Virus record (IMG/VR): IMGVR_UViG_2660238580_000001
Location: 1 to 37,504 of that record
Origin: a virus
Lineage: Duplodnaviria; Heunggongvirae; Uroviricota; Caudoviricetes
Strand: one strand, 5' to 3'
DNA: 37,504 bases
Positions 26,415 to 35,354 of this stretch are shown here, one piece after another. How positions within the stretch are numbered: the first letter of the stretch is position 1; each line of letters opens with the position of its first letter. The notes below the pieces were generated by a model. That model worked only from the letters and a program-made list of their open reading frames with translations, searched no databases and was not told where the DNA came from. Both the position numbers and the translations under genes were made by a program.

Positions 26415-26770
26415 TGGCCCGTATCGGGGGAACCTGTTATTTCAAAATTGACGGTCAGCAGCTATCGCTGACCGGCGGCATTGAGGTGCCCATGAACAGG
26501 ACGGTCAATGATGACATCATCGGCCTGGACGGTTCAGTGGACCGCAAGGAAACTCACCGTGCGCCTTATGTCAAAGGGACCTTCAAGGTGCCGAAGAATT
26601 TTCCGGTGAGCAAAATCACCTCGTCTGATGAGATGACCATCACTGCCGAGCTGGCGAACGGTCAGGTCTATGTATTGTCGTCCGCCTGGCTGCACGGAGA
26701 AGCGAACCATAATGCCGAAGAAGGCACGGTTGATCTTGAGTTCCACGGTGAAGAAGGGGATTACCAGTAA
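26414..26770 (+). CDS. Tail tube protein (Mu gpM-like)
   Basis: 118 aa directly after the sheath gene. Confidence 0.85.
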   Translation: MARIGGTCYFKIDGQQLSLTGGIEVPMNRTVNDDIIGLDGSVDRKETHRAPYVKGTFKVPKNFPVSKITSSDEMTITAELANGQVYVLSSAWLHGEANHNAEEGTVDLEFHGEEGDYQ

Positions 26771-27039
26771 TGAAAGAGCTTGAGTTAAAGAAACCGATTA
26801 TCGCTCATGGTGAGACACTCTCTGTACTGGAGTTTGATGAACCCACCGGGAAGGATGTCCGCGAGCTGGGGTATCCCTACCAGATGAATCAGGATGAGTC
26901 CGTCAGACTTCTGGCGCATGTGGTGTCGAAATACATTGTGCGGCTGGCGAAAGTGCCGCAAAGCTCTGTCGACCAGATGTCTCCGGCAGACCTGAATGCA
27001 GCGGCGTGGCTTGTGGCTGGTTTTTTCCTCCAGGCCTGA
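26770..27039 (+). CDS. Tail assembly chaperone
   Basis: 89 aa between tube and tape measure genes; 3' end carries a slippery heptamer. Confidence 0.75.
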   Translation: MKELELKKPIIAHGETLSVLEFDEPTGKDVRELGYPYQMNQDESVRLLAHVVSKYIVRLAKVPQSSVDQMSPADLNAAAWLVAGFFLQA

Positions 27040-27188
27040 CGGCTGAATACCTCACTGATCGCTTCTTTGACTGCGCCAGCTACTGGCGCATTAATCCCTT
27101 CGAATTGCTGAATATGCCGATCAGTGAAATTCCCTTGCTGGTCAGTCAGGCAAACAGGATAGAGCAGGAGAAACGCACACATGGCTGA
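26770..27188 (+). CDS. Tail assembly chaperone, -1 frameshift extension product (G-T like)
   Basis: Slippery heptamer T_TTT_TTC at 27021-27027 in the zero frame; the -1 frame stays open to 27188, overlapping the tape measure start. Confidence 0.55.
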
Positions 27189-29013
27189 ATTTGAGCTTAA
27201 GGCGTTGATCACCGGTGTCGACAGGCTTTCTCCCGCGCTGTCGAAAATGCAAAAGAAAATCCGGGGATTTAAACGCCAGGCGGAAGAAGCGTCACAGGGT
27301 GGGTTGGCGCTTGGTGGCGGACTGGCAGCGGGTCTGACGCTTTCCCTGAAATCTTATGCTGATCAGGAAAACGCCGCCACCGGGCTGAAAGTCGCCATGA
27401 TGGATGCGAACGGCGAGGTTGGAAAGAGCTTTCAGGACATCAATAAACTGGCTATTGGCCTGGGTAACCAGCTACCCGGTACAACGGCTGATTTCCAGAA
27501 CATGATGCAGATGCTGGTGCGTCAGGGGATCCCGGCAGAAAACATTCTTGGTGGTGTGGGTAAAGCGACAGCTTATCTTGCGGTACAACTGAAAAAAACA
27601 CCGGAAGCGGCTGCTGAGTTTGCCGCAAAGATGCAGGATGCTACCGGAACGGCCTCAGAAGACATGATGGGGCTGTTCGACACAATTCAGAAGGCGTTTT
27701 ATCTGGGCGTGGACGATACCAACATGCTGTCATTCTTCACTAAAACCAGCTCTGTTCTGAAGATGGTGAATAAGGACGGTCTTCAGGCTGCACAGAGTCT
27801 TGCCCCCATCAGTGTCATGATGGATCAGATGGGGATGAACGGGGAGTCGGCAGGTAATGCCCTGCGAAAAGTTATCCAGTCCGGATTAAGCGTTAAGAAA
27901 ATCAGGGACGTCAATAAAATCATGGCCCGCCAGAAACTCGGGGTACAGCTCGATTTTACTGATGGCAAAGGGAGTTTTGGCGGTCTTGATAACATGTTCA
28001 GGCAACTGGCAAAGCTGCGAAAACTGACCGACGTTAAGCGAACCGGTGTACTTAAGGCAATATTTGGTGATGATGCCGAAACCCTTCAGGTGGTCAATGC
28101 ACTAATCGATAAAGGAAAGGATGGCTACGATCAGATCCAGCAGAAGATGAATAAACAGGCCAGCCTGAATAAACGTGTTCAGGCTCAGCTTGGTACGCTG
28201 TCCAACCTGTGGGAGGCAATGACGGGGACCGCAACTAACGGCCTTGCGGCTATTGGCGGCGCATTTTCTGGTGACGCTAAGAACATCACGCAGTGGCTGG
28301 GGGAGTTGGGGGAGAAATTCACGAAGTTTGCGGATGAAAATCCCCGGGTTATTCGCGGCGTCGTCGGGCTTGCTGCCGGTCTTGCGATTCTGAAACTGGG
28401 ATTGATGGGCGTGGGCAGTGCCATCAGCATTGTCAGCAGGATCATGTCGATGACGCCGATTGGCATGATTGCGACGGCGATAGCCCTGGCTGCGGGATTA
28501 ATTATCACTAACTGGGATGTTGTCGGACCTTATTTCAAGAAGCTCTGGGAAACCATTGGTCCTTATTTTGAGGCTGGCTGGGAACTCCTTAAGAAAGTTT
28601 TTGCCTGGTCGCCGCTGGGGATGGTGATCAATAACTGGGGACCGGTTGTTAAGTGGTTTCAGGATATGTGGGATAAGCTGAAGCCGATTATTGAATGGTT
28701 TACCGACAGTTCCGGTGACACGGTCGATACCATTAACTCGGCGCAGTGGGGCGCGGGTGCTTATGATGCTTATGGGACGGGAATACCGGCACGGGGATAC
28801 ACGCCTTATCCGGCGGTGGATCCGGCTCAGGCAAACAACGCCTCCGATGCCACAGGCTCGAATCCCTTCATGATTAATAAAGCTACCGCGCCAAAAGTTG
28901 ATGGTGAGATCAAGGTATCATTTATAAATATGCCACCAGATATGCGGGTTACGGAAACACGCTCCAGTGGCATTGATATAAATCACGATGTTGGCTATAC
29001 CCGATTTTGGTAG
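27181..29013 (+). CDS. Tail tape measure protein
   Basis: 610 aa; Ala/Gly-rich helical protein with hydrophobic central segments, downstream of the chaperone pair. Confidence 0.9.
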   Translation: MAEFELKALITGVDRLSPALSKMQKKIRGFKRQAEEASQGGLALGGGLAAGLTLSLKSYADQENAATGLKVAMMDANGEVGKSFQDINKLAIGLGNQLPGTTADFQNMMQMLVRQGIPAENILGGVGKATAYLAVQLKKTPEAAAEFAAKMQDATGTASEDMMGLFDTIQKAFYLGVDDTNMLSFFTKTSSVLKMVNKDGLQAAQSLAPISVMMDQMGMNGESAGNALRKVIQSGLSVKKIRDVNKIMARQKLGVQLDFTDGKGSFGGLDNMFRQLAKLRKLTDVKRTGVLKAIFGDDAETLQVVNALIDKGKDGYDQIQQKMNKQASLNKRVQAQLGTLSNLWEAMTGTATNGLAAIGGAFSGDAKNITQWLGELGEKFTKFADENPRVIRGVVGLAAGLAILKLGLMGVGSAISIVSRIMSMTPIGMIATAIALAAGLIITNWDVVGPYFKKLWETIGPYFEAGWELLKKVFAWSPLGMVINNWGPVVKWFQDMWDKLKPIIEWFTDSSGDTVDTINSAQWGAGAYDAYGTGIPARGYTPYPAVDPAQANNASDATGSNPFMINKATAPKVDGEIKVSFINMPPDMRVTETRSSGIDINHDVGYTRFW

Positions 29014-29039
29014 CCAGGATTCCCCTCACATGTATTGCT

Positions 29040-29104
29040 GGTTGTAAGTCATAAATAGAGTGATAGAATTAATGCACATTTAGAAAAATGTTAATAGGCG
29101 AAAA
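29040..29104 (+). promoter_or_regulatory. Candidate sigma70 promoter for the tail-region moron
   Basis: TTGTAA-N16-TAGAAT in the AT-rich gap between the tape measure stop and the moron start codon. Confidence 0.4.
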
Positions 29105-29635
29105 ATGAAAGGCTATATCACAGCAAGTGTAATTCTTGGAGCAGCGGCTATTTTTTCATCTCTCATAATCTCTGGCAACATCTCCTTTAAAGATGAACAT
29201 ATTATTCAGTTATCTGGAGGAGCCATAAAACTTGGTGATGTTTATAAAGAAAATAAATTGATAAGTGCAAAGATTATTTTTCCAGATAATCAGGGTGAAC
29301 AGATTCTTGTTGTCGACGGCAATCCTGAAAACTTTAAGGAGGATTTTCAGGAGAAATTAAATAAAGTAATAAAAACTTTAAATGCGTCAAAGAAAAAAGA
29401 TGAAGAGAAAGTTAGCCTGGATAATTTAAGTGTTATTGAAGAGTCTAAACTAGAGCTCGTTTCTGCGGTGCGTTACTCTGCTCAGTATGTTCCTATGTTT
29501 ACTCTGACGCTGGACAAAAAAGAAATTACCATGCCTAAAAATACGGTAATATTTCCATTTGCCAGCGATGAAACAGCTAAGTATTTAAATGAACAACAGC
29601 AAAAGTATAAAGATTCGTTGTTTCTGACTCGCTAA
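29105..29635 (+). CDS. Hypothetical exported or membrane-anchored protein (moron inside the tail gene cluster)
   Basis: 176 aa; N-terminal signal-peptide-like helix (ITASVILGAAAIFSSLIISG) with no lipobox Cys; very AT-rich; flanked by its own candidate promoter and a strong terminator. Confidence 0.65.
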   Translation: MKGYITASVILGAAAIFSSLIISGNISFKDEHIIQLSGGAIKLGDVYKENKLISAKIIFPDNQGEQILVVDGNPENFKEDFQEKLNKVIKTLNASKKKDEEKVSLDNLSVIEESKLELVSAVRYSAQYVPMFTLTLDKKEITMPKNTVIFPFASDETAKYLNEQQQKYKDSLFLTR

Positions 29636-29653
29636 TTAATAAAATTCATTACA

Positions 29654-29686
29654 AGGCCACCTTCTAATAGGTGGCTTTTTATTTTT
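29654..29686 (+). terminator. Intrinsic terminator after the moron
   Basis: AGGCCACC-ttctaata-GGTGGCTT hairpin followed by TTTTTATTTTT. Confidence 0.7.
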
Positions 29687-29696
29687 CGGAGTGTAT

Positions 29697-31025
29697 ATGA
29701 CGTGGAAAGACAGGCTTCAGGATGCGTCATTTCGAGGTGTGCCGTTTAAGGTTGAAGAAGAAAGTGCGGGAACCGGCCGTCGTGTGGAAACACACGAATA
29801 TCCGAACCGCGACAAACCCTATACCGAAGATCTGGGAAAAGTCACTTTCCGCCCGTCCATCACGGCTTATGTGGTGGGAGATGACTGCTTTGACCAGCGC
29901 GATCGCCTGATTGACGCGCTGAATAAACCCGGTCCCGGCACGCTTGTCCACCCGACATACGGTGAGCTGAAAGTCTGTGTTGACGGGGAAGTTCGGGTCA
30001 GCACATCGAAGAGTGAAGGGCGTATTGTCCGCTTTGACCTGAAGTTTGTCGAAGCGGGAGATCTCTCTTACCCCACATCAGGCGTGGCGACGGCGCAGAC
30101 GCTGATGTCATCCTGTTCTGCACTGGATGACTGCATCAGTGACAGCTTCAGCGGTTTCAGTATCGATGGCGTGGCGGATTTTGTGCAGAACGACGTTATC
30201 GGTAATGCCAGCACAATGCTTGGGTATGTTTCTGATGCGATGAAAGTGGTGGATTCTGCCGTATCGGATGCCGCCAGGCTGTTGCAGGGGGATATCTCGG
30301 TACTTCTGCCGCCACCATCGTCAGGCAAAAATTTCGTTGAGCAGGTGCAGAAAATGTGGCGTACCGGGAAACGCCTTTATGGTAACGCCAGCGACCTGGT
30401 CACCATGATCAAAACGCTTTCCGGTGTCAGCCTCGGCAGCGATCTGCAACCGCGCGGCGTCTGGAAAACGGACAGTAAAACCACCGCCACGGCGACGCAG
30501 CAGCGTAATGTGGTTGCCAGCACTCTTCGTACGACCGCAATCAGCGAAGCGGCGTATGCCGTCACCCGATTGCCTGCGCCAACAACTTCCGCGGTGATGC
30601 AGAATGCCACAGTGGGGCAGTCAACAACACCCGCGCAGAGCACCGGCTGGCCTTCTGTCACGCATCCGGCACTGAACAATGCACCGGCGGTGAAAAACAC
30701 GGTTGACCTGCCAACGTGGGAAGAACTGACCGACATTCGCGACACACTGAATACGGCAATTGATAAGGAGTTGTCCCGTACAACCAGTGATGCGCTGTTT
30801 CTGGCGCTGCGCCGGGTGAAAGCAGATCTGAATGCGGATATCAACACGCGCCTTGAACAGTCTGCACGGATCATTCAGCGCACGCCGGATGAGGTTTTAC
30901 CCGCGCTGGTGCTGGCGGCGACCTGGTTTGATAACGCGGCGCGTGACGCGGACATTATCCGGCGTAATGCCATTACGCATCCCGGCTTTGTGCCGGTGAT
31001 CCCTCTGAAGGTGCCAGTGCAATGA
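29697..31025 (+). CDS. DNA circularization protein (Mu N-like)
   Basis: ATG at 29697 after GGAG (track ORF starts at a GTG at 29691); position after tape measure as in Mu-like tails. Confidence 0.8.
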   Translation: MTWKDRLQDASFRGVPFKVEEESAGTGRRVETHEYPNRDKPYTEDLGKVTFRPSITAYVVGDDCFDQRDRLIDALNKPGPGTLVHPTYGELKVCVDGEVRVSTSKSEGRIVRFDLKFVEAGDLSYPTSGVATAQTLMSSCSALDDCISDSFSGFSIDGVADFVQNDVIGNASTMLGYVSDAMKVVDSAVSDAARLLQGDISVLLPPPSSGKNFVEQVQKMWRTGKRLYGNASDLVTMIKTLSGVSLGSDLQPRGVWKTDSKTTATATQQRNVVASTLRTTAISEAAYAVTRLPAPTTSAVMQNATVGQSTTPAQSTGWPSVTHPALNNAPAVKNTVDLPTWEELTDIRDTLNTAIDKELSRTTSDALFLALRRVKADLNADINTRLEQSARIIQRTPDEVLPALVLAATWFDNAARDADIIRRNAITHPGFVPVIPLKVPVQ

Positions 31026-32101
31026 ACGACAATGTCACGCTACGGGTAAATGGCCGGGAGTGGAATGGCTGGACATCGGTGCGCATCGGTGCCGGTATTG
31101 AACGGCTGGCGCGGGATTTCAGTGTGGAGATCACTTGCCAGTGGCCGGGAGATGAGGGTATCACCACGCTTCAGCCGCGCATTAAAAACGGTTCAAAAGT
31201 GGAAGTGCTGATTGGTGATGAGCTGGTGATCTCCGGCTGGGTGGAGGCGACTCCCGTTCGTTACGATGCCCGTTCGGTCAGCACCGGTATTGCCGGACGT
31301 AGTCTTACGGCTGACCTGATTGACTGTGCAGCCGAACCGACACAGTTTAACGGACGCTCGCTGGTGCAGATTGCGCAGGCGCTTGCTGCGCCTTTCGGCA
31401 TTGAGGTGGTGAACAGCGGTGCGCCGTCGGGTGTTATTCCTGATGTTCAGCCTGATCACGGTGAAACGGTGATTGAGGTAATCAACAAAATACTCGGTCA
31501 GCAGCAGGCGCTGGCTTACGACGACCCGCACGGCAGGCTAGTGATTGGCGGTATTGGCTCAACGCGGGCACATACCGCGCTGGTACTTGGGGAAAACATC
31601 CTTTCCTGTGATACGGAGAAGAGTATCCGGGAGCGGTTTTCTGTTTACCAGGTGGCGGGGCAGCGTGCCGGAAACGACGATGATTTCGGTGAGGCCACCA
31701 CCACCGCGCTGCGGGCCCGCACAGAGGACGCATTTATTGCCCGTTACCGTCCGATGTATATCAGGCAGACAGGGCAGGCCACGGGGGCAGGCTGTATTGC
31801 GCGTGCTGACTTTGAAGCCCGACAACGGGCGGCGCGGACGGATGAAACCACCTATGTGGTGCAGGGCTGGCGACAGGGTAACGGTACGCTGTGGCAGCCC
31901 AACCAGCGGGTGATTGTCTTCGATCCGGTCTGTGGTTTCGACAATACCGAACTGCTTGTCTCGGAAGTCACGTTTACTCAGGACCAGAACGGCACCCTGA
32001 CGGAAATCCGTGTCGGCCCGCCTGATGCTTATCTGCCTGAACCCGAAGCCCCCGGCGCGCGGAAAAAGAAAAAAGCCAGAGTACAGGAGGACCCGTTCTG
32101 A
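31022..32101 (+). CDS. Baseplate hub protein (Mu gp44/P-like)
   Basis: 359 aa; conserved position in the Mu-like baseplate cluster. Confidence 0.8.
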   Translation: MNDNVTLRVNGREWNGWTSVRIGAGIERLARDFSVEITCQWPGDEGITTLQPRIKNGSKVEVLIGDELVISGWVEATPVRYDARSVSTGIAGRSLTADLIDCAAEPTQFNGRSLVQIAQALAAPFGIEVVNSGAPSGVIPDVQPDHGETVIEVINKILGQQQALAYDDPHGRLVIGGIGSTRAHTALVLGENILSCDTEKSIRERFSVYQVAGQRAGNDDDFGEATTTALRARTEDAFIARYRPMYIRQTGQATGAGCIARADFEARQRAARTDETTYVVQGWRQGNGTLWQPNQRVIVFDPVCGFDNTELLVSEVTFTQDQNGTLTEIRVGPPDAYLPEPEAPGARKKKKARVQEDPF

Positions 32102-32649
32102 TGAGGACGATTGAAGCCATGCAGCGACAACTTCTCGGCCTGATTGGGCGGGCAGTGGTGAAAAGCATCAGTGCCGCCACGAAATGTCAGACCGTGGATG
32201 TGTCCCTGATTGCCGGTGAACCCAAAGCCGGGGTTGAACATCTTGAACCCTACGGTTTTACCGCAAGGGCAAACAGCGGTGCGGAAGCGGTGGTGTTGTT
32301 TCCGGATGGCGACCGTTCTCATGCGGTGGTTGTTACGGTGTCGGACCGGCGCTACCGCCTGAAAGGGCTGCAGACGGGTGAGGTGGCTGTCTATGACGAT
32401 CAGGGGCAGTCTGTGACGCTGACCCGGGAGGGGATCGTGGTGGACGGTGCAGGGAAAACGATCACGTTTCGCAATGCACCTGAAGCACGTTTTGAAATGG
32501 ATCTGGAAGTGACCGGACAGGTGAAAGACCTGTGCGACTCCGGCGGCACCACCATGTCAGCGATGCGGCTTGCCTATAACGGGCATCGTCACAGAGAGAA
32601 CGGTCAGGGCAGTAACACCGACAAACCTGATAAAGCGATGGAGGCATGA
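32101..32649 (+). CDS. Baseplate assembly / spike protein (Mu gp45-like)
   Basis: 182 aa; conserved position in the baseplate cluster. Confidence 0.72.
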   Translation: MRTIEAMQRQLLGLIGRAVVKSISAATKCQTVDVSLIAGEPKAGVEHLEPYGFTARANSGAEAVVLFPDGDRSHAVVVTVSDRRYRLKGLQTGEVAVYDDQGQSVTLTREGIVVDGAGKTITFRNAPEARFEMDLEVTGQVKDLCDSGGTTMSAMRLAYNGHRHRENGQGSNTDKPDKAMEA

Positions 32650-33074
32650 TGGAACTGTGGCTGACGGTGAACGGTAAACGCACCTGCGCCAGCGCACCGC
32701 TGGATCCGCTGACCCGCGCCGTGGTGATTTCCCTGTTTACCTGGCGACGGGCGGAGTCTGATGACAATGCCGACGTCCCGATGGGATGGTGGGGGGATAC
32801 CTGGCCTGCGGTACAGAATGACCGTTACGGCTCCCGACTGTGGCTGCTTCAGCGCAGCAAACTGACCAATCAACTGGTGCAGACGGTAAAGGGGTATATC
32901 CGCGAATGCCTGCAATGGATGACTGATGACGGCGTGGTGTCCCGTATTGATCTGGATATCCGCCGCACCGGGATTAATGAGCTGGGTAACAGTATCACCC
33001 TCTGGCGTCGTGACGGACCGGTAATGATTTCTTTTGATGATCTGTGGAGTGCGATAACGCATGGCGGACAGTGA
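32646..33074 (+). CDS. Baseplate protein (Mu gp46-like)
   Basis: 142 aa; conserved position. Confidence 0.72.
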   Translation: MMELWLTVNGKRTCASAPLDPLTRAVVISLFTWRRAESDDNADVPMGWWGDTWPAVQNDRYGSRLWLLQRSKLTNQLVQTVKGYIRECLQWMTDDGVVSRIDLDIRRTGINELGNSITLWRRDGPVMISFDDLWSAITHGGQ

Positions 33075-34119
33075 ATTTCAGCGCCCGACGCTGGCAGAAA
33101 ATATCAGTATGCTCCGTAACGATTTATTCGCCAGGCTGGACGTCAGCGACACGCTCCGGCGCATGGATGAAGACGTGCGGGCAAAGGTGTATGCGGCGGC
33201 ACTGCATACGGTTTACGGTTACATCGATTATCTGGCAATGAACATGCTGCCTGACCTGTGCGATGAGTCCTGGCTGGCGAGACATGCTGCGATGAAACGG
33301 TGTCCGCGCAAGGGGGCCATGGCTGCCAGCGGGTATATGCGCTGGGAAGGTGTCAGCGATGGCCTGAAGGTGACCGCCGGGAGTGTTATTCAGCGCGATG
33401 ACCTGGTTCAGTACACGGCAACTGCCGATGCAACCAGCTCCGGTGGTGTCCTGCGCGTGCCGATCGCCTGCTCAAGTGCAGGCGCGGGCGGTAACGCTGA
33501 CGACGGTACGTCATTAATCCTGGTCACGCCGGTGAATGGTCTGCCGTCTTCCGGCGTGGCAGATACCCTGACAGGTGGATTTGATACTGAAGAGCTGGAA
33601 ACGTGGCGCGCCCGCGTCATTGAGCGGTATTACTGGACGCCTCAGAGCGGGGCTGACGGGGACTATGTTGTCTGGGCTAAAGAAGTTCCCGGCATTACCC
33701 GCGCATGGACATACCGACACTGGATGGGAACGGGGACTGTCGGTGTGATGATTGCCAGCAGCGACCTGATTAACCCCATTCCGGAAGAATCAACGGAAAC
33801 GGCGGCAAGACAACACATTGAGCCACTGGCTCCGGTAGCAGGCTCTGATTTGTATGTATTCAGGCCGGTGGCACATACGGTGGATTTTCATATCCGCGTG
33901 ACGCCGGACACACCAGAAATACGGGCTGCCATTACCGCGGAGTTGCGTTCGTTCCTGCTGCGTGATGGTTATCCGCAGGGAGAACTGAAGGTATCGCGTA
34001 TCAGTGAGGCGATTTCCGGTGCGAACGGGGAATACAGCCATCAGTTGCTTGCACCGGCGGACAATATCTCCATTGCAAAAAATGAACTGGCGGTTCTGGG
34101 GACGATTTCATGGACGTGA
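33061..34119 (+). CDS. Baseplate J-like protein (Mu gp47-like)
   Basis: 352 aa; conserved position and size. Confidence 0.82.
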   Translation: MADSEFQRPTLAENISMLRNDLFARLDVSDTLRRMDEDVRAKVYAAALHTVYGYIDYLAMNMLPDLCDESWLARHAAMKRCPRKGAMAASGYMRWEGVSDGLKVTAGSVIQRDDLVQYTATADATSSGGVLRVPIACSSAGAGGNADDGTSLILVTPVNGLPSSGVADTLTGGFDTEELETWRARVIERYYWTPQSGADGDYVVWAKEVPGITRAWTYRHWMGTGTVGVMIASSDLINPIPEESTETAARQHIEPLAPVAGSDLYVFRPVAHTVDFHIRVTPDTPEIRAAITAELRSFLLRDGYPQGELKVSRISEAISGANGEYSHQLLAPADNISIAKNELAVLGTISWT

Positions 34120-34694
34120 CAAACGATGATTACATCCGTCTGTTGTCGGCACTGCTGCCGCCCGGTCCGGCGTGGTCAGCCAGCGATCCGGCGATTGCCG
34201 GTGCAGCACCGTCATTAACCCGCGTTCATCAGCGTGCGGATGCCCTGATGCGGGAGCTGGATCCGCGCACCACCACCGAACTGATAAACCGCTGGGAGCG
34301 TCTGTGCGGCCTGCCAGATGAATGTATTCCTACAGGGACACAGACCCTTCGCCAGCGTCAGCAACGGCTGGATGCGAAGGTTAACCTGTCGGGTGGCATC
34401 AACGAGGATTTTTATCTTGCACAGCTTGCTGCCCTGGGCAGACCAGATGCTACCATCACGCGATACGACAAAAGCACGTTCACCTGCTCATCGGCCTGTA
34501 CTGACGCTGTGAACGCGCCTGAATGGCGGTATTACTGGCAGGTCAACATGCCAGCCGCCACCAACACCACCTGGATGACATGTGGTGATCCCTGTGATTC
34601 CGCACTGCGCTTCTGGGGGGACACCGTTGTCGAGTGTGTTCTTAACAAACTCTGCCCGTCGCATACCTATGTGATTTTTAAATATCCGGAGTAA
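34110..34694 (+). CDS. Tail protein (Mu gp48-like)
   Basis: 194 aa; conserved position immediately before the tail fibre gene. Confidence 0.72.
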   Translation: MDVTNDDYIRLLSALLPPGPAWSASDPAIAGAAPSLTRVHQRADALMRELDPRTTTELINRWERLCGLPDECIPTGTQTLRQRQQRLDAKVNLSGGINEDFYLAQLAALGRPDATITRYDKSTFTCSSACTDAVNAPEWRYYWQVNMPAATNTTWMTCGDPCDSALRFWGDTVVECVLNKLCPSHTYVIFKYPE

Positions 34695-34697
34695 TCC

Positions 34698-35354
34698 ATG
34701 CATCGTATAGACACGAAAACCGCGCAGAAGGATAAGTTCGGCGCGGGTAAGAACGGTTTTACCCGTGGTAACCCCCAGACCGGCACGCCTGCCACCGATC
34801 TGGATGATGACTACTTTGACATGTTGCAGGAAGAGCTTTGTGGCGTGGTGGAGGCATCCGGTGCCAGCCTGGAGAAGGGGCGGCATGACCAGCTGCTTAC
34901 CGCGCTTCGTGCGCTGCTGTTAAGCCGCAAGAATCCGTTTGGCGATATCAAATCGGATGGCACGGTGAAAACGGCTCTCGAAAACCTTGGTTTGGGAGAA
35001 GGTTCGGCATTACCCGTTGGCGTGCCTGTTCCGTGGCCTTCCGCTATTGGTCGCTTCGGGTTTTTTGTTTGCGGTGGTGGCTCTTTTTCTTTTGCATCAT
35101 GTTTTGTTCTTGAGTGGGGCTCTCTGGGCGCTCCATTGCTTGCTTTGGGTGTTGTGTTTCTTTTTGGGTTTGCTTTTGGGCGTGGATTTGTTCGTGTTTT
35201 TGTTTTATTAGCGTATCCAGCGGATGGCGTGGTTTTTGGTTATCTTGGCTTTGCTGGTTTTGTTGGGTCCGTTGTTAATTTTCTGTCTGGAGTCGGTCCT
35301 GTTGTCTTTGGCGCTTCATTTTTAGCGTTAGGCTGTTCATTTGGTTTTGTTTAG
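34698..35354 (+). CDS. Tail fibre protein: conserved N-terminal region intact; C-terminal part inside the invertible segment is aberrant (likely non-functional in this orientation)
   Basis: Typical tail-fibre N-terminus (MHRIDTKTAQKDKFGAGKNGF ... PVGVPVPWPSA); after the crossover site at about 35000 the reading frame continues as Gly/Phe/Val/Leu-rich low-complexity sequence. Confidence 0.55.
   Translation: MHRIDTKTAQKDKFGAGKNGFTRGNPQTGTPATDLDDDYFDMLQEELCGVVEASGASLEKGRHDQLLTALRALLLSRKNPFGDIKSDGTVKTALENLGLGEGSALPVGVPVPWPSAIGRFGFFVCGGGSFSFASCFVLEWGSLGAPLLALGVVFLFGFAFGRGFVRVFVLLAYPADGVVFGYLGFAGFVGSVVNFLSGVGPVVFGASFLALGCSFGFV
34975..35000. repeat. gix/hix-like recombination site (left), within the tail fibre gene
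   Basis: CTCTCGAAAACC-TT-GGTTTGGGAGAA, a 26-bp imperfect palindrome resembling Hin/Gin crossover sites; its reverse complement matches the first 14 nt of the right site. Confidence 0.6.
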
